Below, in pieces: positions 36,944 to 47,854 of a DNA stretch of 64,000 nt. The DNA comes from Leucoraja ocellata. Lineage: Eukaryota. The DNA is taken from NCBI GenBank assembly GCA_036785375.1, contig JAWMAR010000546.1:1116001-1180000 (forward strand), given 5' to 3'. Numbering within the stretch: the stretch's first letter is position 1; the number at the start of each line of letters is the position of its first letter. Under the pieces are notes generated by a model. The model saw nothing but the letters and a program-made list of their open reading frames with translations, had not been told where the DNA came from and did no database searches. The translations under genes and the position numbers were made by a program.

Positions 36944-39059
36944 GTAATTTGAATGCCACTCAAACCTCTTTAAGCCATGGATTTCAATTCGCACTCTGTT
37001 CAATGATTAATGGGATACCCTGTTTTGTAATTAAAATTAAGATAGCGGAGTCAGTGGATATGGGAGAAGGCAGGAAAGGGGACTGATTGGGGAAGATCGG
37101 CCATCACATTAAATGGCGGTGCTAGCTCGAAGGACCGAATGGTCTCTATTGTCTAAATTAGCAAAGAAAATCCCGTTTCCAACATTCCATTTTTCCCAAT
37201 CTCTCTATTTTTTTTACCGCAACTATTCGTAAAGCGGACATTTTTCATTAGCAATTCCGTAAATCGAGGAACATTTTGTTTAAATGACATTGGACCCATA
37301 GACAAACACGAATTCAAATTCTCTTTTCTAATAAATCCACGGATTACAAATTTATTCAAGAACTGCAGCTGTTCCGAAATCTCCCCGTTTTACATTCAAC
37401 GCATTTTCCAAATGGAATACTCGTGATCTTTGACATAAAACAGAGAAATGGGTCATTGGGTTAGGCAGCATTTGTGGGAAAGAGGAAAGCAAGCATTTGT
37501 CAGGTCGACTATCGTTGGGAGAATAAACCATGGCGAATTCAGTTTTGATTAGAGATATAGCATTGAAATAGATCCTTCTGCCAACCAAATCAGCGGCGAC
37601 ACAAGTTCACGTTATCGCACCCCGACCCACCCGGGTCAATCACCCGGGTCAAGTACCTGCAAACCTGCACTCTTTTGGGTTGTGGGAGGAAAGCAGAGAA
37701 CCAGTAACAAACCGCAGGGAGAACGCACAGTTCTCCAGTCTGCACCTGATTTCAGGAACGAAGTCGTGTCTCTGGCGCTACCAGCTGTCATTCGACTCCC
37801 TCTATGGGATGTGTCTTTCGCCACAGGCTGCGTGACCCTCTAGGTGTTTGCAACATTTACTCTTCCCATTTATGATTTCTAACTATTTCTTGTTATTTTT
37901 ATTTTTTAAACATATATCTTCTTTGCGTTTATTGAAATAACCGAATCGGACACTTCTTACAACAGCAATACCCGGTCGCTGCCAATCGAATGGAACGTAC
38001 AAACACGCCAATTACGCACCAAATATCGTCTCCCACATGACCGGCTGAATCATACCGCCGATGGGATCAATCGCTTAACACAAATTTGCTGAAACTCTTC
38101 ACAAAAATCCAAAGTATCTCTGTCCAAAGACCACCGAAATTCATTGTTCCATTGACCACCGAGCCAATCATTGTTGAAATAACGAGGAATAACACAATAC
38201 ACGTGGATTACATAGATAACATTCCATATAATGTGAATTTCATTCAGTTCTCCGTCACCCTAGTTCCTCTGTCCCCTATTACACCCGGTACGTTGTCATT
38301 CTCTAGATCGCGTTTCACGGACTTTGCTTTCTTAGCTTTGCTGTATCATTGGTTCACATGCCAACTCATTGTACTTCAAGATAGACAAAAAAAGTTGGAG
38401 TAACTCAGCGGGAGAAGCAGAGTTACTCCAGCTTTGTGTCAATCCGGCAACATAAATCAGCATCCACAGTTCCTCCCTATTCATTGTACTTCAAGATATA
38501 TAACTGACGCTGACCTTGCTGTCTGTGTTTTGCTGCAAGAACATTTTACTTCGTCCATGCAAGTTGTGTTAGCGATTGGATTAAAGTTGGCAAGGCGATT
38601 CCACCAATTAATACATACACTTTAAAAACTTGAACATTTTACACCCAGGATTTATCCGTTTCTGTCGTTTGTTTCATATGCGCTGAGAAGAAACAAACTG
38701 AGACAAAGTACCTGCTGTTGATCAGAAAATACAGTTCGATGCATCGCAGATCAAGGACCACAACAATCTCAAACAATTAGAAAGCCTAGTGAAAGCAAAT
38801 TGATGCTCATTTTCCCACCAATTAGGAACTTAAACCGAATCCGTTCTCATAGTCAAAGGATCGAAAGTCATAGCACAAAGGCAGTTTGAATCGTGAATAT
38901 CACTGCAGCGGAATCACATAACATTCTAAAGCAACATCGATCCAACATTGCAATGAATGGGTAATTAATGTAGAGGAACAATTTAATATAATTATTGGAA
39001 ATATCGAGTAAAATTACAACTGGATACATCTAGATACTGAATAGGATGAAGTTTCTTAC

Positions 39060-39107
39060 CGTTGGTTACCGTCAACATGGTGCCTCCTCCCCAGTAGTCA
39101 AGATAGT
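39060..39107 (-). CDS. IGHJ: IgH J segment (YLDYWGGGTMLTVTN)
   Basis: WGxG motif and GTAAG donor. Confidence 0.96.
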
Positions 39108-39146
39108 CACAGTGTTACATTCTATGGGCTTCCTCACACAATAACA
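39108..39146 (+). promoter_or_regulatory. JH 23-RSS
   Basis: CACAGTG (39108-39114), 23 nt, ACAATAACA (39138-39146). Confidence 0.9.
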
Positions 39147-39470
39147 TGATCTGCACAAGGTTGGCAAAAAAGAACAAAATTCCTGTAATATTCGTATTTC
39201 ACATCGAAGGTGAATGACTTATTGCTCTTTGAAAACAATGAATGCGTTAAATAAATAATTTCCAACAATAATCAGATACCACGGCTCCGTGATTTAAACA
39301 GGGCAGAATGTGATGAGAATTATCTACATATAAAATAAAAATTACTTCAAGTTACCTATACAACAAAATGTGCGAAAAAATATCCCTGGACATGTTTATG
39401 CTCTTGTTGTATGAAATATTGAATTGAAAATATCATATACTGGCCAGACCACCGTATTATGGGTTGTGGA

Positions 39471-39538
39471 TGTTTTTGTATTGGTAGGAACCGCTGTGCC
39501 ATCCAGTATACACAGTGAAACATACCATGTCAAATACC
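39471..39538 (-). other. IgH D segment (D2 type, TATACTGGATGG at 39499-39510) with 12/12 RSSs
   Basis: V side: CACAGTG (39511-39517), 12 nt, TCAAATACC. J side: CACAGCG (39498-39492), 12 nt, ACAAAAACA (39479-39471). Confidence 0.95.
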
Positions 39539-39786
39539 TCGCTCTTCAAGAACTGGTGCATGTACTGCTCACAGACGATATGTCCCAGGAGACTCTTCGC
39601 TGTCACTTATACAGCTAAACGCTGTTCTTCTAAAGCTCATAAAATAACATTAATTGGTCGGAAGACAGTTGGACATTTCTCAAAACAATCCATGTAACTT
39701 TAAACGGTGACATTTTATTTGATTTTTCTTCACTGGGCCTCTCCTACGGTGCTTGTAGGTTGGAGCAGGAGAAAACTAGGTGTCAG

Positions 39787-39834
39787 GGTTTTTGTACGGG
39801 GAAGTCGCTGTTTGTAGCACCGTGACCCACTGTG
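39787..39834 (-). promoter_or_regulatory. Compound RSS at the VH 3' end: D1 remnant plus overlapping 12-RSS and 22-RSS
   Basis: CACAGTG (39834-39828), 12 nt, ACAAACAGC (39815-39807). Also CACGGTG (39824-39818), 22 nt, ACAAAAACC (39795-39787). Confidence 0.85.
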
Positions 39835-40139
39835 TCTCGCACAGTAATAGACAGCCGTGTCTTCGATCTTCAGGCTGCTGGCCGTCACGATGAAGATATT
39901 ATTCGTATTGTCTTTGGACGGAGTAAATCGGCTCTCTATCCCCGGCGCGAAGAACTTGGTGTAAGTAGAACCGTAGTAGGTAAGCAGCCACTCCAGCCCC
40001 TGCCCGGGGACCTGACGGACCAAAGTCATCCACTTGCTGCCAACACTGAACCCGCTGACTTTACAGTTCAGTGTGATGGAGCCTCCAGGAGTGGCCATCT
40101 CTGTCTCGGGCTGGGTTAGAACGATATCGGAATGGACAC
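39835..40139 (-). CDS. IGHV: IgM VH exon (open frame, FR2 Trp replaced by Leu)
   Basis: [68 protein letters not shown], with a ttgcag acceptor. Confidence 0.97.
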
Positions 40140-40313
40140 CTGCAAGTTAAAAACAAGGCATGAATGGCGAGGATAAAACATTGACCATTGATCCCCGACT
40201 CTAATTATCAAGAGGAAATAAATTGGGACGGTTCTAGAGTGGGTAGAAGGGGAATGGTGTAGTGGATACACCACTGAGACACTTGCGTGGGGAATTTGTC
40301 CAACATCACTCAC

Positions 40314-40359
40314 GGACTATTAACGCCAGGAACAAACTCAGTGAAACCGCCGCCATCAT
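40314..40359 (-). CDS. IGHV: IgH leader exon (MMAAVSLSLFLALIV)
   Basis: 46-nt hydrophobic exon with GTGAGT donor, phase 1, splices in frame to VH. Confidence 0.92.
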
Positions 40360-40444
40360 CCCGCTGGGAAGTGTGACCCTGTTGTTTCTGTACAGAACCT
40401 CGCAACAAACCAACTGCAAGGAGGTTGGATTTCGGCCCCTCTTA

Positions 40445-40575
40445 GAGAGAATTAAATACCCGGCAAAGAGGGCGCGGCTGTGGGCGGGACTTGTAAACCG
40501 AGCGGTGCAGCGGGCGGAGCTGAAACACGGCCCCAACTCAACAGCAACATGGACTCACGCTATCACATCTATTAG
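40445..40575 (-). promoter_or_regulatory. VH promoter: TATA-like TATTTAA, GC boxes, no octamer
   Basis: TATTTAAT at 40458-40451. GGGCGG boxes at about 40482 and 40512. No ATGCAAAT before the LINE at 40577. Confidence 0.55.
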
Positions 40576-40576
40576 A

Positions 40577-41540
40577 CACATAGAAAATAGGTGCAGGAGT
40601 AGGCCATTCGGCCCTTCGAGCCTGCACCGCCATTCAATATGAGCATGGCTGATCATCCAACTCAGTATCCTGTACCTGCCTTCTCTCCATACCCCCTTAT
40701 ACCTTTAGCCATAAGGACCACATCTAACTCCCTCTTGAATATAGCCAATGAACTGGCCTCAACTATCTTCTGTGGCAGAGAATTCCAGAGATTCACCACT
40801 CTCTGTGTGAAAAATGTTTTTTTCATCTCGGTCCTAAAAGATTTCCCCCTTATATTTAAACTGTGACCCCTTGTTCTGGACTTCCTAAACATCGGGAACA
40901 AACTTCCTGCATCTAGCCTGTCCAACCGCTTATGAATTTTGTAAGTTTCTATAAGATCCCTCCCCAATCTTCTAAATTCTGCTAACTAACCCTTCCTTCC
41001 CCATTACTCAATACCCAGTCTAGAATAGCCTGCTTTCTCGTTTGTTCCTCTACATGTTGGTTTAGAAAACTATCCCACATACATTCCAAGAAATCCTCTT
41101 CCTCAGCACCCCTGCCAATTTGATTCACCCAATCTATATGTAGATTGAAGTCACCCATTATAACTGTTTTACCTTTGTTGCACGCATTTCTAATTTCCTG
41201 TTTGATGCCATCCCCAACTCCACTACTACTGTTAGGTGGCCTGTACACAACTCCCACTAGTGTTTTCTGCCCCTTAGTGTTTTGCAGCTCTACCCATATC
41301 GATTCCACATCCTCCAAGCTAATGTTCTTCCTTTCTATTGCGCTAATCTCCTCTCTAACCAGCAACGCTACCCCGCCTCCTTTTCCTTTCTGTCTATCCC
41401 TCCTGAATATTGAATATCCCTGGATGTTCAGCTCCCAGCCTTGGTCACCCTGGAGCCATGTCTCCGTGATCCCAACTATATCATAGTCATTAATAGCTAT
41501 CCGCACGTTCAACTCATCCACCTTATTACGAATGCTCCTT
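40577..41540 (-). mobile_element. Internally deleted CR1 (endonuclease joined to 3' end)
   Basis: GITETWL, GVVYRPP, IMGDFN and ILD motifs (40982-41521) abut the C-terminus and tail (40577-40980). Confidence 0.9.
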
Positions 41541-41607
41541 GCTGATACAGATGCACAAGAGGTTAATAAAACAGCGTGCTTTTCTGCCCCTTACACAATA
41601 TAAGCAA

Positions 41608-42240
41608 AACATAACAAAAGGATTTGAGTATAGGAGCAGGGAGGTTCTACTGCAGTTGTACAGGGTCTTGGTGAGACCACACCTGGAGTATTGCATACAG
41701 TTTTGGTCCCGTAATCTGAGGAAAGACATTCTTGCCATAGAGGGAGTACAGAGAAGGTTCACCAGACTGATTCCTGGGATGTCCGGACTCATATGAAGAA
41801 AGACTGGATAGACTCGGTTTGTACTCGCTAGAATTTAGAAGATTGAGGGGGGATTATAGAAAATTACAAGATTCTTAAGGGGTTGGACAGGCTAGATGCA
41901 GGAAGATTGTTCCCGATGTTGGGGAAGTCCAGAACAAGGGGTCACAGTTTAAGGATAAGGGGGGAATCTTTTAGAATTTAGGAGATGAGGAAAACATTTT
42001 TCACACAGTGAGTGGCGAATCTCTGGAATTCTCTGCCACAGAAGGTAGTTGAGGCCAGTTCATTGGGTATATTTAAGAGGGAGTTAGATGTGGCCCTTGT
42101 GGCTAAAGGGCTTAGGGGGTATGGAGAGCAGGCAGGTACAGGATACTGAGTTGGATGATCAGCCATGATCATATTGAATGGCGGTGCAGGTTCGAAGGGC
42201 CGAATGGCCTACTCCTGCACCTATTTTCTATGTTTCTATA
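41608..42240 (+). mobile_element. CR1 LINE 3' fragment
   Basis: LYRVLVRPHLEYC motif and tail. Confidence 0.9.
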
Positions 42241-43953
42241 AAGTTTATATTGTGTAAGGGGCGGAAAAGCACGTTTAAAACTCATGGTATAGTTGTAAAT
42301 AAGATGGTTTCAAGATTGGTTTCATAGCGCAGTTGTTTCATAAAATATGTTCGGAATTCCTCAAATGTATATTAAAATGTTTCTGGGTGTGTGCTTAAGT
42401 GTGTGAGAGGGAGAGAGAGGAGAGGTGAGGGAAAATATTTGAGCAAGAAAGACAGACAGACAGACCTACCTTCATTGTTAGGTAGACACATAATGCTGGA
42501 GAAACTCAGCGGGACAGGCAGCATCTCTGGAGCGAAGGAATGTTTGACGTTTTGGGTCGAGACCCTTCTTCATTCCTCCAGAGATGCTGCCTGTCCCGCT
42601 GAGTTACTCCAGCATTATGTGTCTAGCTTCGATTTAAAGCAGCATCTGCAGTTCTTTCCTACACATTCGCAGTTATCAATATGAGCCGTTCGAACAATAT
42701 TGGGACTGTCCATTCCAATATCAAGATACATTTATTTGTCACATATCCCAGTTGATACAGTGAAATGTGTGGTCACCATACAGCCATACAGATAAAATGT
42801 TAATATCGAGATTGGTTACATAAAAGGCAGTAGAGGAAATTGATACAAAGCAAACACAAGGTTCTATTAAAATGTCATTAAGAGATTGGAAGGAAATTAA
42901 TGGATGGCATATTGCAGGAGGGGAATTGTAGATCTGTGGAGTGATTGGAGAAATAATCGGCATTAGGGATGATTCATGTAGTGTTGATTTTCAGATGCTG
43001 GTTCCAAAGAGCAAAGTTGAATGAAGGCACGTTCTAACCAATCAACCAATGAGTATATTTGTTGGATAGTATTTCAATGATTCAAACTGCACTGGTAGGG
43101 CGGATGGTGTCGAAAAATCTAATAGAGATATCTGAAGAAGAATCCACTAGAGTTATCTGAGGAGATAAATCGAAACAGTAGTTCACCGATTTCTGAGGAA
43201 AACACGAGGAGTGTCGAACATTTAAGGTGCATACGGGCAATTAAAGTTTCCTGCGCTCCAACATAGTATTTTTCTATGACTTGAATTTTAATTTATCATT
43301 GTATTTTCTATGCATCTGTGAATTTGTCACGTGTGACATTCATATGTATGCAGAGAATGTTATTGATCCCAGCCATTGTTGGTAAATAAAGGGATATGAT
43401 ACATGTTCTCAGTAAACCTAGCTTTGTAGAAATATTATTGACTAATATCATCCATATGCACTTCAACTTTATTTTTACAGGATAGAACATTGACAATTTA
43501 AAATAAATGTCTCTGGTGTAATCTGTTCAGAGATTTGCATTTCTTTCTCACTTTATCTGTTTTCCGCCTCTGGGGAAACATTACTTCTGTTTCTGTCCTT
43601 CAGTAAACGAACCTGGGTCTGGGGGTGTTGAAATCACTGTTTATTTAAATCAGTTCATCTCTGTTTCCAGCCATTTTTAGATCAACACAAACAAGGCAAT
43701 GAAGATATCATTCTCGACGGCGATTATATGTTTTAACAATATTGGCAGTTGGCGCAAATCAACTGGATTCTCCGAGGGAGTCTATTTTATCATATATTGT
43801 TCAAATAAAATGGTGTATTTATATTACAGATTCACCAGAATATTTTGCTGTCCACTTGAATCTCCACTTGAAGAAATGTCTAAGCAAGCGAGGTCAATGG
43901 AGGAATCGAGTGCTTTCCACACATGCACTGTAGGTTTTTCATTATTAACACAC

Positions 43954-44162
43954 NNNNNNNNNNNNNNNNNNNNNNNNNNNNNNNNNNNNNNNNNNNNNNN
44001 NNNNNNNNNNNNNNNNNNNNNNNNNNNNNNNNNNNNNNNNNNNNNNNNNNNNNNNNNNNNNNNNNNNNNNNNNNNNNNNNNNNNNNNNNNNNNNNNNNNN
44101 NNNNNNNNNNNNNNNNNNNNNNNNNNNNNNNNNNNNNNNNNNNNNNNNNNNNNNNNNNNNNN
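43954..44162. other. Assembly gap
   Basis: Run of 209 N. Confidence 1.
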
Positions 44163-44267
44163 GCACGATCCACTGCCATGTACGTCCAGGCCCAAGTAAG
44201 AATTTACTTGTACCGCTCTAGGCACTTATGAAAATTATACATTCTTGATACTTGACGCGTCATGTGT

Positions 44268-45990
44268 TAGAAACATAGAGGAAACTTAGAAACATAGAAA
44301 AATATGTGCAGGAGTAGGTCATTCGGCCCTTCGAACAGGGACCATTCAACATAATCATGGCTGATCATTTTAATTCAGTACCCCGTTCCTTCTTTTTCCC
44401 CATATCCCTTGATTCCATAGGTTTTAAGAGCTAAATGTCCCACTTAGGAAACCTGAACGGAAACCTCTGGAGACTTTGTGCCCCACCCAAGGTTTCCGTG
44501 CGGTTCCCGGAGGTTTTTGTCAGTCTCCCTACCTGCTTCCACTACCTGGAACCTCCGGCAACCACCTGCAACCTCCGGGAACCGAACGGAAACCTTGGGT
44601 GGGGCGCAAAGTCGCCAGAGGTTTCCGTTCAGGTTTCCTAAGTGGGACAGGGGCATTACTCCCTCTTGAAAAGATCCAGAGAATTGGCCTCCGCTGCCTT
44701 CTGTGGCAGAGAATTCCACCGATTCACAACTCTCTGGGTGAAATTTTTAATCCTCATCTCAGTCCTACATGGCCTATCCCTTATTCTTAAACTGTGACCC
44801 CTGGTTCTGGACTCCCCCAACGTCGGGAACATTGTTCCTGCATCTAGCCTCTCAGTCCCGCCATCCCGGGAATTATCCTGGTGAACCTATGCTGCACTCC
44901 CTCAATAGCAAGAATGTCCTTCCTGAAATTTGGAGACCAAAATTGCACACAATACTCCAGGTGTGGTCTCACCTGGGCCCTGTACAACTGCCAGAAGGAC
45001 CTCCTTGCTCCGAAACTCAAATCCCAACATGCCATTAGATTGAATGGCATGCAATGAAGGCCAACATGCCATTCGCTTTCTTCACTGCCTGCTGTACCTG
45101 CGTGCTTACTTTCAGTGACTGATGTACAAACACACCCAAGTCTCGTTGCACCTCCCCTTTTCCAAATCTGACACCATTCAGATAATAAACTGCCTTCCTG
45201 TTCTTGCCAATAAAGTGGATAACCTCACATGTATCCACATTATACTGCATCTGCCATGCATCTGTCTTATTTTAAGTCACCTTGCAGCCTCATAACATCC
45301 TCACCGCAGCTCCCACTGCCATCCAGCTTTGTGTCATCTGTAGACTTAACTTGGAAATTACACATTTAATTCCCTCGTCTAAATCGTTAATAAATATTGT
45401 AAATAACTGGGTTCCCAGCACCATTTGTCACTGCCTGGCATTCTGAAAAGGACCCGTTTTTTCCTACTCTTTGCTTCCTGTCTGCCAACCTGTTCTCTAT
45501 CCAGGTCAATACCCTTCCCCCATTACCATGTGATCTAATTTTGCACACTAATCTCTTGCGTGGGACCTTGTCAAAGGTTTTTTGGAAGCCCAGATACTCC
45601 ACACCCACTGGCTCTCTCTTATCCATTCTACATCCTCAAAAAATTCCAGATTAGTCAAGCATGATCTCCCTTCATAAATCCATGCAGACTTTGACCAATC
45701 CTGTCACTGCTTTCCAAATGCGCTGCTATAACATCTTCAATAATCGACTCCAGCATCTTCCCCACTACTGATGTCAGGCTAACGTCTATAATTCCCCATT
45801 TTCTCTCTCCCTCCTTTCTTAAAAAGTGGAGTTACAATGGCTACCCTCCAGTACACAGGAATGGATCCAGTCGGGAGAATATTGGAAAATGATCACCAAT
45901 GCATTCACAATTTCTAGGGCCACCTGCTTGAGTACTCTGGGATGCAGACCATCAGGCCCTGCGGATTTATCTGCCTTCAGTCCCAACAGT
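44268..45990 (-). mobile_element. CR1 LINE (RT to 3' tail), degenerate
   Basis: SAGPDGLHPR, FQKTFDKVP, CEVIHF and VRPHLEYC motifs, plus tail. Confidence 0.9.
44432..44658. mobile_element. Palindromic MITE (possibly PIF/Harbinger-like) nested in the CR1
   Basis: About 85-bp near-perfect arms tgtcccacttaggaaacc.. / ..ggtttcctaagtgggaca. TAA/TTA-like flanks. Confidence 0.8.
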
Positions 45991-46440
45991 TCAAGTTCAA
46001 GTTCAAGTGAGTTTATTGTCATGTGTCCGTGTATAGGACAATGAAATTCTTGCTTTGCTTCAGCACACAGAACATAGTAGGCATTTACTACAAAACAGAT
46101 CAGTGTGTACATATACCATAATATAAATATATACACACATGAATAAATAAACTGATGAGGTGCAAATAAATGAAAATGGGTTATTAATAATCAGAGTTTT
46201 GTCCGAGCCAGGTTTAATAGCCTGATGGCTGCGGGGAAGTAGCTATTCCTGAACCTGGTTGTTGTAGTCTTCAAGCTCCTGTACCTTCTACCTGAAGGTA
46301 GCAGGGAGATGAGTGTGTGGCCAGGATGGTGTGGGTCTTTGATGATACTGCCAGCCTTTTTGAGGCAGCGACTGCGATAAATCCCCTCGATGGAAGGAAG
46401 GTCAGAGCCGATGATGGACTGGGCAATGTTTACTACATTT
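45990..46440 (-). mobile_element. Rex1/Babar-type LINE 3' end
   Basis: IIKDPHHPG..LPSGRRYRS..IRLLN and (TTGAAC)n tail. Confidence 0.82.
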
Positions 46441-46789
46441 AACACGCCACCCCCGCTGGACCCACGCCACCCCCGCCACACAGAGGGGGGAGAGAGAGAG
46501 GGGAAGGGAGCGGAGAGGGACAGTGGGATTATCTTTAGTGAGATTGATAAATTAAAGTAGGCTTTAGAGCTATTATATTTTCTCCTCCATATGAATAATA
46601 TTAAACAATATCAAATAATATCAAACAATTGGAACTGCTTTCCTTTCCTTGATAACAATATTGAAAAATATGAATTCCATAGTTTGTGACATAAATACAC
46701 ATTTTAATGGGATCATTATATACAGATGTAACATTTCAATTTCGAGATCGGGGGGGTTGGGGGCAAATATGCGTCATGCCGATAGCCTA

Positions 46790-47850
46790 ATCGTTAAAGA
46801 GTTAAAAGATAGCCTAATCGATAAAGAGCTGAGAAGAGGAATCAGAGCTGCCAAGGAAAGATACTCTGAGAAGTTGAGGAGCAAGTTCTCAGCTAATGAC
46901 TCTTCTTCAGTTTGGAAGGGCATAGAAGAATATAAGAAGAAAGCCCCCCCGCTCTTTGGACAATCGTCAGCTGACGAACGACCTGAATGAGTTTTATTGC
47001 AGGTTTGAAAGTCAGAAACGTAACCCTTGTACCCCCTGCCCAACAACACAGCCAGACCTCAGTCTGTAAAGAATGGACCCTGCACCCTCTCCTTCCCATT
47101 CACCACTTCACACCTACTTAAGGCAAGGCTCCAGTATGAAAAGTGTGGACCCTTTCCCACCCCAACCAACAACTCACACACACTCACAGCCTGACCTCAG
47201 TCTGCAAAGACTGGGCCCTTCTACACCCACCCCACTCCAATTACTCATTCTTAACCAGTCCCTGCAAAGATGTACTGTCCCTGCTTGCTCCACTATTGTC
47301 CCTGTACACAAAAAGGTAAGGATTACTGGTCTTAATGACTACAGGCTAGTCGCACTGACCTCTGTAGTCATGAAGACCGTTGAAAGGCTTGTGCTGGCCA
47401 AGCTGAAAAATATCACAATCCCTCTGCTGGAAACTCTGCATTTTGCATATTGGGCCAATAGATCTGTAGATGACGCTGTCAATCTGGGCCTGCACTTCAT
47501 CCTCCAGCACCTAGACCGCCAGGGGACCTATGTGAGGATTTTGTTTTTTGATTTTAGCTCTGCATTCAATACCATTGTGCCAGAGCTACTACGCTCCAAA
47601 CTTTCTGAGTTGACTGTGCCTGAACCCCTCTGTCGGTGGATCATCAGCTTTCTGACAGACAGGAAGCAGCATGTGAGGCGGGAAGGCATATCTCGGACCC
47701 ACAAACGCTCAGCATAGGAGCACCGCAAGATCCGTACTCTCCCCTCTCCTCTACTCTCGCCACACCAACGATTGCACCACCACAGACACCTCTGTCAAGC
47801 TTCTCATGTTTGCGGATGACGCAACCCTGATTGGACTGATCCAGAATGGG
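46790..47850 (+). mobile_element. Rex1/Babar-type LINE RT fragment
   Basis: [33 protein letters not shown] and FADD motifs. Confidence 0.85.
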
Positions 47851-47854
47851 GATC

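Noticed and set aside
27693-40359. IgW or IgNAR identity
   Set aside because: Four C exons, a mu-type tailpiece (NVS, penultimate Cys), a KVK tail and a conventional VH with CDR2 indicate IgM.
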